A DNA stretch of 64,000 nt from Monocercomonoides exilis PA203 (lineage: Eukaryota > Protista > Preaxostyla): assembly GCA_001643675.2 (NCBI GenBank), contig LSRY02000035.1:434001-498000 (forward strand), in the 5' to 3' direction. The number at the start of each line of letters is the position of its first letter. Position 1 is the stretch's first letter. This document shows, piece after piece, positions 38,085 to 50,300 of the stretch. The notes under the pieces were generated by a model. The model was given only the letters and a program-made list of their open reading frames with translations. It made no database searches and was not told the DNA's origin. The position numbers and the translations under genes are program-made.

Positions 38085-41000
38085 TTATTTTGCTATTTCC
38101 ACCAAGCTAATTGCGTCAGATACTTTTCCAAGCACAGTTCCTTTCAAAAAATACTGAAGAAACGATTTTTTCAATTCGACAAGTGTAGGTCTGCATGATG
38201 CTTTTGCAGACAAACACGCTTTAACAGACCCAAATTATGTTGACATGCTGACTGCAGAAGCGTTTGTTCTTTCTCCTTTTGCAATCTTGTCTCCAGCAAT
38301 CACAGCCTCGTATTCTCCAAATGGGATTTCCAGTGCCAAGCACTCCCAAAGCATCATCCCAATTGAAAAGGCAACAGATTCCTTTGTCGCTCCCCTCTTC
38401 TTGTTGATTTGCAACTCTGGTGCCTTCCATCTCAGACACTCTTTTCTGTTATCTTCCTCATCCTCAAAAGCTGATGAGAGAAGAGAATCTTTATCATCAT
38501 CATCACTTGCCGAAGTCGCAATCGTGGATGATGAGATGGAAGAAGATTCAGAATCATCAGAAAAAAGGAGATCAGAATGCATCACAATGCAATTCACCAT
38601 ATGCTCTGAGAAGAGAACAATGTGCGGACTTAGATTGGCAAGATATTGAAGAGGATTTTCCATTTCATCAATGGAGTGAAGAGCGAGATTAGCCACCCAG
38701 AACAGGATCTGAGCAGCTGTTTGTTCTCTCTCCTGCAGAGTTCCAATCGCAATCTCCTTTGTCTTATTCCTTCCATGAAGCAGCATGAACAGAGAATCTC
38801 TCAGATCCACAATCAGCTTCTCATGAGGAGATGAACAGGCCATTGCATCCACCAGATTCGACATCGATGAGGTGGTTGGGCACATATCCTCCCCTCGTAC
38901 AAATGTTGAATCTGTGTCTGAAGTGTCTGCGGTTGAAGTGGATGAAATGGATGGTGATGGTGATCTCTTTCTTGTTTCCTCTTCCTCTTCTACCTTCTCC
39001 AATGCCCAATCAGGGATTTTGTCTGAATCTCTCCCCAAAATGTATTCAGTGGAGCCACTCTCAGACAGAAGATGCTCCGAAGATTCTGAATGTCCCAAGC
39101 TTTTCTCATACACCCTCTTCTTGATTCTTTCTTCGTTCTTCTTCTCTGCCTCTCTCTCTGCTCTCCTCCACTGCTCCTCCGGTGACATCTCCATCGTCAC
39201 CATCTCAAACGCCTTTGGATCTTTCTTCACTGTGTCTTCCACAATCACTTCCAATTCTCTTGTTCTTCTCTTTTGTTTTCTCCATCTGACAATAAAGGCA
39301 ATAGCAACAATCAGAACAATCAACAAAATTGCAACTAAGATAATAATAATTACTGTTGAAGAAGAGGATTTTCTATATCCTCTTTCAACAACTTTTCCAT
39401 CTGCTTCTGATTTTGTTTCACTTCTGTTTTTCAGTATCAGTGGAGAAGTGGATGCCAATTGCTTCCCAAACAGAATCATCACTGACACCTCTGTTTCATC
39501 TGCAATCGTTGAAATATTCTCTGATGGAATTCTTCCAATCACTTCTGTTTCTGACACAAAACTGTCTTCCTCAAATTGATATGTCTCAACCAACTCCACA
39601 TCCCCTGTTTTGAATATCAATCTGAATGACAAATCACATGGCACAAAAAGAGATCCCTTGAATTTCACAATGACATTGCTGCCATTCTCATTCACTGAAA
39701 CATCTTCCAGTTTGGGAATGAAAAATGGAGATAATCTTTTTCCTGCTATCCCTCTCAAATCACATCCATCATTCAAAATCCAAAGAGAAGAATTGTCTTT
39801 CAATCCATGTCCCCCTTTTACGCTCACAACATTCAATTCGCTATTCTCTGTGCAGATTGCATTCCTTCGCGCTGATGGATATCCTTCAATCTCGGGGTTG
39901 TTGTTCTCAAACTTTCCATTTTCAATCTTCACACTCCCTCCACTCACCCACAACCCCCCAACTTTGCTCTTCATAACCGTTGTCTCCTTCATCTCCACAT
40001 TGCTGTTTTCAATATCAATCAAAAAGCCGCTCCACTCGCATAATCCTTCTTTCCCCTTGTTTCCTTCGTTCACTGTCTCTGCTTCTTTCTCTCCTTTATC
40101 TCCATCTAACACACATATCTCAACCTTCACTTCTTTGGATCGTCTAATCTGCATCATGCTCCCTTTGTCCTTCGAATTCACACACTTTTCAAATGAGCAG
40201 TTCAGCGCACTCACTTCTTGTTCAGCATCTTCCACAGCAATTGCACATCCTCCATCAAGCACAGTCATATTTTCAATGACCATCACATTCATCGCCACAT
40301 TCGCTTTTCTTCCAACACTCACAACATCTTCTTCACATTTGATGTTCAAAATGCTCGTTTCAAGCAGAGTCGCATTCGATTATTTGTTGAATAACAGCTC
40401 CGATCCTGCTGATTCCAAATCCTTGAATGTTGTTTCTGAGATCTTCAGCTTTCCGCTTTCAACATTCACAACAGAACTGTTCAAATTCAACTCAATTGCA
40501 GAAGAGTTGAATTCACATTCTTGCATTTTTGCTGTTCCATTCTTCACTTTTATGATGCAGCTTTGAGAAGCCTCAAATGAATCTTCAAACTCGAATGAGC
40601 ACCTCTCCACGTCACATTCATTCACAAACTCCATTATGCAATCCTTTTCAAATGATTTTTCAATCTTGCAGTTCAACCTCTCAATTGCCTGCAACTTTTT
40701 GAATGAGTTCACATTCAGATATCCAATCACATATTCCTTTGTCACAGTCCCTTCTTCGTCAACCATAATTGCATTCATCACTCCTTCCTGAATGTGATCA
40801 ACCACACAGTTGATACTGAGACATGGATTGCTCTGAGACCAGCATTGTCTGCCATCTGTCCCTGTTCCATTCACAAACACCTGAGCGGAATAATAGAATG
40901 TGATTCGTGGAATCAGATTTTCAATTTGCAAGATTTCTGAAACGCACCTGTAGATGGAGTTGTCTGAGTTCAATGACTCCTGGTTGTAGTTCAAAGTGAA

Positions 41001-41590
41001 CATCGTTTCGTTGATCTGTTTTGCAATCGAGTGGCATTTGATGAATATGTCATTCCATTCGTGTGCCTCATTCAAATAAAACATGATGATCAAAATGTTG
41101 AAATTCAGAGATGGAATCTTATCTTTAACATAATTCACATTATCCTCGGTTCCATTGATAAACAGTCCTCCTCCGCTCCCTGTGCCAGATGAGCACTTTC
41201 AAATCGAAAAAGAGCAATCATTGATTTCAAAAAACTGTTTCTTCGATCTTCACCACCACTTTCATTCCTCCTTTTTCTGCGCTATAAACGCTTTTGAAAC
41301 TCTTCATAGCACACTCATCCAAAAAGCGTTTTATGGAATTATCAAATGAGCCCTTTATACTAGCTCCATCTTCGTTTCATTCATTCGTGCGCTCGAAAAT
41401 GAACAGTCGATATCTTTTAACGTAGGGATTCTATTATTTGTTTGGCTGTTTTTTTCAATATGCTGTGTTAATGAAACGCTTATTCCTTTTTCAAGTTCAA
41501 GCTCATTTATCATAATCACGCATCTCCTCCTTTTCCAACCATCTGATTAATTCGAAACAAAAATACAAATATCATAATTAATACTCATAT
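38085..41590 (-). pseudogene. GGA-repeat surface receptor with TM helix and C-terminal pseudokinase domain, disrupted
   Basis: ORFs 41138-40380 and 40349-38235 are in the same frame, separated by one TAA. Reading past the TAA at 38235 gives VKACLSAKASCRPTLVELKK (kinase subdomain XI). Also LRWKAPE, ESVAFSIGMMLWECL, IPF, and TM VIIIILVAILLIVLIVAIAFIV. The 5' part is frameshifted. Confidence 0.8.
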
Positions 41591-42444
41591 GAAAACCTTC
41601 AGACATCACAATTATATAAGTCGCTTAACAAAAACCTCAATTCAATATCGAAAGCAACTTTTTGAACGAATATAATTTTGAGTAACAAGGTTGGAAAATA
41701 ATAATATTTATTAATTGGATTTTATGCATCCGAAAAGATTTGTTGAGTTCAAAGTCAATACATAATTCTTGTTTTAATGTTTTATTATCTTCGAAATGAC
41801 AATAAACTTTATTAATAAAATATTTTTAAACTCCGGGAACAAAAGTTAATTAAGCAGTTGGAAAAAAATGAAGTTGCAAAAATATCTTTGAAAGTTCATT
41901 TTTATAAACACTAAAACAAAAATTGAAATATTCAACAATTTGAAATAGTGAAATATTGATTTTTTAAACGTTATTTGTACATTCTTTATTCTCAAACAAA
42001 TCTTTGAAATAATGCAAAAAAACAGACAAACGAGCAATTCCAATGTCACAGCGTGCTGATTTCTTGAAGTCGTAGAATGTTATTTTTGAAGTTCAATTCA
42101 TTAACAGATTAAATAACAAAAAGTTGATATCCAATTTATTTCTCTTTATTAATTGATAGTCATTTTGAAGACCACAAAAGTTAAAATCTCACATATTTGT
42201 TTCAAATGCTTATAATTTGGAAACCCCATTCATCTGAAACGAGTACAACAAAACAATGTTTATTCAAGTATTTCGATTCGAACATATTCAAAATAAAATA
42301 TATATATTTAATTCTTTATATCTGCAATCAAATCAGTTTTGATCGACTCAATTCAAAATTCAGAAATTCGGGGATAATGATCATTTTAGAAAAAAGGAAA
42401 TAATGGTCAAAATTGTTATTAAGAATAATTTCTGAAAATTTATC

Positions 42445-43592
42445 ATGTCTCAAAATCCTTTATCATCAATTTTGGAACATTTGGAGCAAAGAAATACCAT
42501 TCCAAATCAATATCATGATGAAGAAGATTCAGTTCCTCGAAGTATTATAGATTTAGCATTAAAAAAATATACTGACCCATCAATTGCATTTTTTCGACTG
42601 ACGGGCTTTGCTCGTTCAGAATTCAACATTCTTTTATGTCTTCTTTCCGATTATTCACACCCACAACGAGGAAGAACGAAAGCAATTAATTCTGTTGAAG
42701 AACAGCTCTTTTTTCTTCTCAACTTTCTTCATCATGGATCTTGCACATTAACTCATCTTCTTGCAAAGCCAAGACATTCATCTCAAACATCAACAGTTCG
42801 TCTTCTTCATTCATCTGTTGACAAATAGAAAAAACAACTTTCACAATTGTTTATTTTATTCAGATCAGAAAGAAAAAAAGGATATGAAAATGCAGGCGTT
42901 GTTGTTGATTGCAAGGTTTTTCTAATTGATCATCTAGGAGGAAACTTGGAATATGGAAAAAAATATTTCTGTGGAAAACATCAAATGGATTGAGTAAAAT
43001 CGGAGGTGTGTGTCAATCCCAGATTGGGAACAGTCAGCACTGTAAGTTCTGTGTACACACAGGTTCAACTTATGACTTCACCATATTAAAGGATCATTAT
43101 CCAACTATCCAATATCAACTTGGAGGAGCAAAAATTCTGGCAGATTCAACAAACATAGGTGCAAAGCCCGAGCAAGAAACGATGGTGACAAAGCCTGTTG
43201 AAACTCCAGAGCTGGCATCTCATAGAGTTGTTGTTGAAAGATTTTTTGGAGGGTTGAAAACTTTGTTCACAATTTTTTGTCATCCGTTTGTTTTTGATGA
43301 ATCAAAAGTTTCTGACTATTTTTTGGTTGCCTGTTGTCTTGCAAATTTTCATACGCTTCACAATCCACTAACATTGAGAGATACTAAAGCAAACACTCGA
43401 ATTTTGAATGATGTTTTGAGGGGAAATGCTAAAAAGAAAGAAGAAAAAAGAAGAGCAAAAGAAAGATATATAACCAAATTGAAGAATAGACTCAATCCTG
43501 GAACTTCCATGGAACCCAATATTTCCATTAATATCGAGGAAATAAGAGGCTTATTTTTCGTTCTTTCACCATTATTGAATTTTTCATTTTGA
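42445..43592 (+). pseudogene. PIF/Harbinger-ISL2EU-type (DDE_Tnp_4) transposase, disrupted
   Basis: FFRLTGFARSEF and EEQLFFLLNFLHHG (HTH region); VVDCK, YFCGKH, ILADS, HRVVVERFFGGLK (DDE core). In-frame TAG at 42826 and TGA at 42991, plus an AC-repeat frameshift near 43058. Confidence 0.85.
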
Positions 43593-43924
43593 AAAAAAAA
43601 ATTTTCTATTTTCATTTAACAATATTAATTATTTTTGATGATTCTGTTAAAGATCATTTCGATCTGCAGAGGCAGCAAACGATTGAAAGAAGAATAAACG
43701 AAGTTTAGAAAGTGACAAGTGAAAGAAATGAGAGAAGAGCTGAAATTTTGGATAAAGAAAGACAAAAAGAAGATAACGAACAACAAAAATCAGATTGTTT
43801 TCACTCTTGGCATATTCCGATGCAATGGAACTCTGTTAATCTCTCTTCAGATGATTTTATTAATATTCTATTTTCGCAATCGACATCTTCATCGATTTCT
43901 TCTGTTTCATCATTATCATCATCA

Positions 43925-44140
43925 TCTTCTCCTTCTTCTCCTTCTTCTCCTTCTTCTCCTTCTTCTCCTTCTTCTCCTTCTTCTCCTTCTTCTCCTTCTT
44001 CTCCTTCTTCTCCTTCTTCTCCTTCTTCTCCTTCTTCTCCTTCTTCTCCTTCTTCTCCTTCTTCTCCTTCTTCTCCTTCTTCTCCTTCTTCTCCTTCTTC
44101 TCCTTCTTCTCCTTCTTCTCCTTCTTCTCCTTCTTCTCCT
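43925..44140 (+). repeat. Perfect 9-bp tandem repeat (TCTTCTCCT)24, read as (Ser-Ser-Pro)24 in ORF 43712-44476
   Basis: Read directly: 216 bp = 24 units. Confidence 0.95.
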
Positions 44141-45338
44141 TCTTCATCATCATCATCATTATTAACAACAACAACAACATCAAACTCAACAAATCCTTTT
44201 ATATCGTTTTTATCATCGTCTCCAAATTTTGAAACAATTCAATTTTCTTCTTTTTCGATCTTGGAAGATTCTTCAATTTCAGATTCTTCTCGATCAATAT
44301 CGAAAATATCTTCTTCAACGTCAATTCCTTCATTGAATTCAACATCTTTGAATCAATCACCCTTGAAATCTCAAATGAGCTCCGAGAACAAAAGAAACTT
44401 TTCTTTTGGTTCTTTAGCTTCATTTGTAACTCCGTCTCAAGAGAGAATACAATTTCCTGTTTTCAATTCACAATAAAATACGTTGAATCTTATTCTCTGT
44501 GCTTTTTTATCTTCATATCATTCATTCGTTTTTCACGACATGTTTCTAATCATTTTTAAATAGTAATCATTCATATTAAACAACTTTTTTCTGGAAAAAA
44601 ATTCTGATGTTTCAAAGAATTAAGAAAAAAAATCATATTAGTCCATACTGCAGTTTTGATGTTTTATCGAAGTGATATTCAAAAAACGAAAGTTGTAAAT
44701 GCTGAAACGAGAAAAAAATGAACATATATTGTCGGTTTTTTCTTTGGCACAATAAACTTCGTTCATCAAAAAATTGATTTTTTACAACTAATTCTATCCG
44801 AATCAGAAACACTTATTCAATTTGATAGTTAGCAAAAATATCGAAAAAACATTAATAGTTAGTTTGAAGAAAGTCTTAATACCCCAAAATGCAAATATCA
44901 AACGATAAAGAACAGATAAAGTATTGTTGATCGAAAGTGGAAAATTAAAAAATTTAAAAGTGATCAAGATTCTGATTGAGTGAAATCATATTTGATTCAA
45001 TCAAATCAAATTAATCATTTTCAATTCACAATCACTTATTCTTTGTAAATGTCATTGATAGATACGAAAAAGGTCTTGTAAACTCAAAAATACAGCCAGA
45101 AATGATTATTTCTCCAACAAAAAAGATCTATTTAGGAATTATGGTGCTTTCATGCAAAAAAAAATGAATTCTTGAAAAAGGCAATTTTTTATTCTTATAT
45201 TAAAAAATCGATAATCTCAAAAATATTCTAAATTTTCAAAAATTTCCGAATACAGTGAGAAAATCGAAAAAATGCGATCTTTTCATTGTCCATCATCTTC
45301 GACCGACACATAAATTAAAAAAAACATCTTGTCACAAA

Positions 45339-45673
45339 GGCTTATTCAAAACTTTTAAATTAGCTTCATTTGTGCTAAGAGAAAAATTATTTTGGTAATC
45401 TCGGAAAAACTCAAAAGCCTCTTTCTCCGAGATTTCAATAATAATTTTTTTCTGAGCACAAATGAAGCTATTTTGAAAGTTTTGTACATTAATGAGTTTG
45501 TATTGATAAAATGAATGAATATTTTTGAAATCATAACTTTTTTCGAGGTATCAATCTTTCAAACGTTGTTTATCTTTGGGAAGAGACTTTGTGTTTGAAT
45601 TGTTGAATTATCAAGACTGCTATCAAAACAAATGCATTAGTCAAATAAAGATTAAGATATTTTTGAATAAGCC
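45339..45673. mobile_element. 335-bp MITE with 13-bp TIRs, flanked by AAA and TTT, containing a long internal hairpin
   Basis: AAA|GGCTTATTCAAAA ... TTTTGAATAAGCC|TTT. Internal inverted arms at 45347-~45408 and ~45421-45484. Confidence 0.65.
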
Positions 45674-46360
45674 TTTTTACTGTTCAGTTTCATTTTGTTG
45701 ATATTCAAGGGATATTTTCTGACAGATTTTTTTGTAAAAAAAAACATAATAACAAAAATAATCACATAGATATATTTTGAGGAAAATTGTCAGAATTATT
45801 ACTCTTGCAGTTGTTGTGAAATCGATCTTGTCCGGCATTTTATGCGAAATCTGCATTTTGATTTTATGAAAAACTTAGCAAATGGAAAAACAATATTATA
45901 AAGCAATTCTTGAATTCGAAAAATAATCAAAAATATAAAAAGGATATATTCATGAATATTATCACAACGCAAAACATTCAAAAAAAAAAAAAAAAAAAAA
46001 AAACATCGTTGAAAGACGAGCATGTCTTTGATCATATTCATAAATCGAAGAATATAAAGTTCTTTTAATTGAAATTAAAAAGAATAAATTTTTTTTGTGG
46101 GAAAGGTGTCTAAAAATAAAATTTCACTGTTTGTTTTTTTATTGAAATTTTTTATGGAGCATTTATCGCTACATGAGAAAAAAATTAGGATCCAATAAAA
46201 ATATGCTTATTTATTAAAATATGACTCTTTATAAAGATCAAAACTCGAACAAAAGAGAGATTTCAAAAAGGACCAGTCATATTCTTTTAAATATCTCTAA
46301 CAAATAACATTTACATTCAATACACAAGAATAGATGATTTCTGCCATTTTAAATTAATTA

Positions 46361-47232
46361 TCAAACATAAATTTCATCAAAGAGCCGAACACTTAAAAAA
46401 TCGACGAAGCAATTTGAGAACAATTCCGAGTGGAAAATCAGAGAATTATTACGGTCAACCAAATATCCAAGTAAAAATTCACATCCTTTGAAGGCTACAA
46501 GTGCATCATTTAAACCAACTTCTTCTCCATTCTTGAGAATAGTTAAATAATAATCTGACGTACCCATTGCGCTCGCGAGTTTAACATAAGTGTTATAAGC
46601 TAAAACATTGGAAGCAGAATCCATCATCACATTTACAACCAACTCTATAAAATGAGGAGGTACTAAATATTCATCTCTAACAAGGTGTCTCTCACAACAA
46701 GGGAGAATGTTGGAGAATAACAAGTGGGAAGCACAAGAATACCAAGAATAGTTTCTAATTACAGTTGGAAGCAGCATTCCCTCATTCAGAAGTGCAACAG
46801 TTGCTTCTGTTGCTGTATTAAATCCTCTGTTCATCAAGAACTGGAAGCACAACATCGAATACATGTTGCACAATTCATTATTTAGTTTCATTCTCAGAGG
46901 ATACAGTTTCACCAGGTGCTTCGACATGAATGAGCAGAGCTCTTTGTTCCTCTCAACGAATTTTAGCAGGCCTTGGAGCAGAAAGAAATAAGACCTCGTA
47001 ACTGTGTGTGGCTGAGTGGCTGGATCGAAACTTTGGAGAAAGGAAAACAATGGCTCTGTCGCAAAGCCAAATGAATGAACATGAGAGAAACAATGATCAA
47101 TCTTCTGAAAATCTCTATGCTCATTTTTTTCATCAATTAATACTACACGAAATCAAGGATTTCAAATTTTAAATTGTGGAAATATATTGAAAAACAAATA
47201 ATAAATTAATAAACAAAATGAAATATAACAAT

Positions 47233-47304
<72 letters not shown>

Positions 47305-50300
47305 ATATTAAAAATAAATTTACATGCTAATGCACATTGGAAAAATATTTTATTTTCCCGCTATCAAGAAAGTTAACAGAAAAAAACTATATTTCGTGCT
47401 TGTCAAAAATCATAAATCACAAAACATTTTCTTTTCTTTTTCAAAAAAAAACAATCAAAACACACTTTTGTCCATTATACAGGCGAATGAAGCAACATTA
47501 AGCACAAATAACTCCATGTCACCTTTTTCTTTGGCACTTATACAGTTGCTTATCCATGAATATATTACAGACCCTTGTTTGTCGCAAAACATTGCAGTCA
47601 GTGCACAACATTTCTGCACATACACAATCTTGACTTTTTATATCTTCTTCAAAGAAACCAATTTCATTCAACTCTTTAGCATTATAATTTTTTATAGTGT
47701 TGTGGCGATAATACAATCCATCAAATAAGATTTCTCTGAGGATGTGGCAAACTGAATCAACGAGATCTTTTTTTCTTGCACTTGTCAGCATTGTCATTTT
47801 GGAGATGGCAGAAAACGAGAAAAGCTTCAATTTGCTCAAAAAGGAAGGCACCATCAAATAATCAACCAAATCCCTATCATCAGCTGCAACATTGATCATC
47901 GCAGAAATCGCATTGATATTTTCGTAACATGCTGAAATATTCTCTGTAATCCCTCCCTTCAGCCAAGTCATTACCTTCCCCAAATAAGGTTCAACCACAA
48001 CAATCTCTCTGAGTCCAGGGATCGAATTCAGGAATTGCTTGAAAATGATATTGAACCCATCTGCATGCGCCTTCTGCATCCAATCCAAAATGCCAATCAC
48101 AACACCATTGCACTTCTCTCTCTCGCTCGGAACTGCTCTTGCCACAGCAATCACTAGTCCAACAACTTTTCTCTGTTCTGCCACATTTCCAGCCCCAATC
48201 TCCTCGCTCATATTCTTCGCGATATCGATCAATACACTGCAAGTCTTCATTGTTATTCCCTTCACAGAGCGCAGAAGAAACAGCCTCCGCACTTTCTTGT
48301 TCGCATTGTTACTCTTCTCTTTCTTCAGCAAGGCTATTGTCCCTTTCATGATCTCATCAAATAGCCTGCCTTCCAAACTGCTTATCTCCTTTTCCTTTTT
48401 CACTCCAACCCATTCAATGAACATGTGCAATCCTCTCTTCTGCACCACTTCTTTCCCCACTTCAGAACGATTGCTGCTTTTCAGCATTGCATTAATCACA
48501 CCAAATGAGCAAAGCATAACATCATCATTAATGTTCTCCTTTGCCAATTCACTTGAGATCGCTTTCACTTCATTCTCCACGCTGAAATGACTGACCTGCT
48601 TTGCATCTATTTTCATCATTTCCCCAATCAGAGATAACATCACTGAAAATGCCTTTCGTTGAATGCTCTTCTTCACGCATTTCAGATTTTCATTTCTTTC
48701 AATTTCAACTTTCAGCTCTTCTTTTTCTGGACAGTTCACTTTTTCATCCCTTTCCTCATCTTTTGCATCTTCTTGATTGCCCTTCAATTCATTCTTCAGT
48801 TCGTCGAACAAATCAAATATTGCCTTTGTCAAGCCAACTTGTTCCATATTTGCCATTTGTTTGCTATCAAACTGCAACAACTCCTTCAAAACATCAGCAA
48901 CTTCAATTATTAATTTCATTTCAGAAACGCCAACCATGTTTCTTGCTTCATTCTCAAGTGAGTTTGACATTATGTCTGCCCCATCCACATCACTTGAATG
49001 CAAACAACTTTGATCCTTTTGATTTTCTTTTGCAGGTCCAACGAATAATTTTCCAGAAAGGATGACATCATAGCAATTCTTGCAAAGATTCAAAAATCCG
49101 CATTCATTCAAAAGCTTCATAAAACATGAAAGGCGCTTTTCACCATACAGCGGATGATTGGTTGAAGAAGCTGATGACATTTGCAATTGAGATGAAGAAG
49201 AAGATGATGAAGAGGATGAACTTGAAGGGGTTTCCAAAAGAATGATTACAGGAATGTTTGACCGCTCGTTGCTTTCAACGCTTGTTTGCTGGCTGTACTG
49301 AAGAATAAGATTATCAGCAGTAGCAGAAGCAGAGGAAGAAGAAGCAGACTGTACCAGTTGCTGTTTCGTGCCACATTCAACAGCATTTCGTTTTTTAAGA
49401 AGTTGAACAAGATTCTTCACCAACAATAAGCATTTTGTCATAACACAGGCATCTTTTTTCACATTCATTTCTTTCAATGCTTCAATAAATCCTCCAATCC
49501 AGTCTGGTTCATCCTCGTTTTGTTGAGCTGTTTCTAGACAAAGTTCAGGGAATTGGCACAGAAACACAACAAGATTAATAGTAGTTAAAACAAATCAAAA
49601 AAAAAAAAAAGATTGAACAAATTAAAAATACATGGCTTTTAAAAGATGTTTGAAGAGAGATTTACAAACCTTGTGTCAGTACTGCTTTTTCAACAACTCC
49701 AACCATTCGTTCCTCAAAACTTCTGTTTTCGTTTCTTTTCAGCATCTTGTTAAACTGCTCCAACACATAACTGCTCTCATCTTTCTGTTTGATCCATTCC
49801 AGTGCTGAAAATAGAATCTCATTGCACATCTCCAGCGGCGACAGCTGAAAACTGTCTGCGCACAATCCAAAAGACACAGATGCACTCAACGAAGAGAGTG
49901 ATGTCTTTGAAAAGGAACAGCTTGATTTGAGTTCTGAAGGAAGCAAAGGGGGAAATAGGAAAGAAGACGAGACGGGTGGAGGGACTGCTGATCGAACTTG
50001 AGACGATGAAGGCAATGCTTGCGAATCAATTGAAGAGGATGAAGGAAAAAGCGAGAACACAGAAGAAGAAGAAGAAGAAGATGATGATGATGATGATGAA
50101 AATGAAGGTTGCGTATCTTTTTCATTTGTGATTTTTCTTTCATCTAACTTTTCTTTTGTCGAGTCAACATCTTTCATCTCTGAATATTCAATTTCAGTCT
50201 TTTCTCTTTTTTCTTTCATATTTTCTGTCTCTTTGATTTCTGTGTCTTTTTCTATGAATGCTCTGACAGCAGAAAATCCATTTGCCTCCACAAAAATCTG

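Noticed and set aside
38175-38193. Apparent right TIR of the hAT element (reverse complement CAGACCTACACTT vs CAGACCGACATTT at 34042)
   Set aside because: It is coding sequence for the kinase RPTLVE motif of the neighbouring pseudogene, and there is no TSD.
38235-42828. In-frame TAA/TAG codons suggesting a TAR-to-Gln code, as in some oxymonads
   Set aside because: The 1380-aa and ~1600-aa ORFs contain no TAR codons, intact genes end in TAA/TAG, and the interrupted genes also carry TGA stops or frameshifts. Pseudogenisation explains them.
47234-47289. Poly(A) run as a retroposon tail
   Set aside because: No TSD or element body upstream; it fits an intronic U-rich tract of the minus-strand gene.
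47321-47360. Possible micro-exon (AG...GT) within intron 47465-47143
   Set aside because: It contains a stop codon in the required phase.
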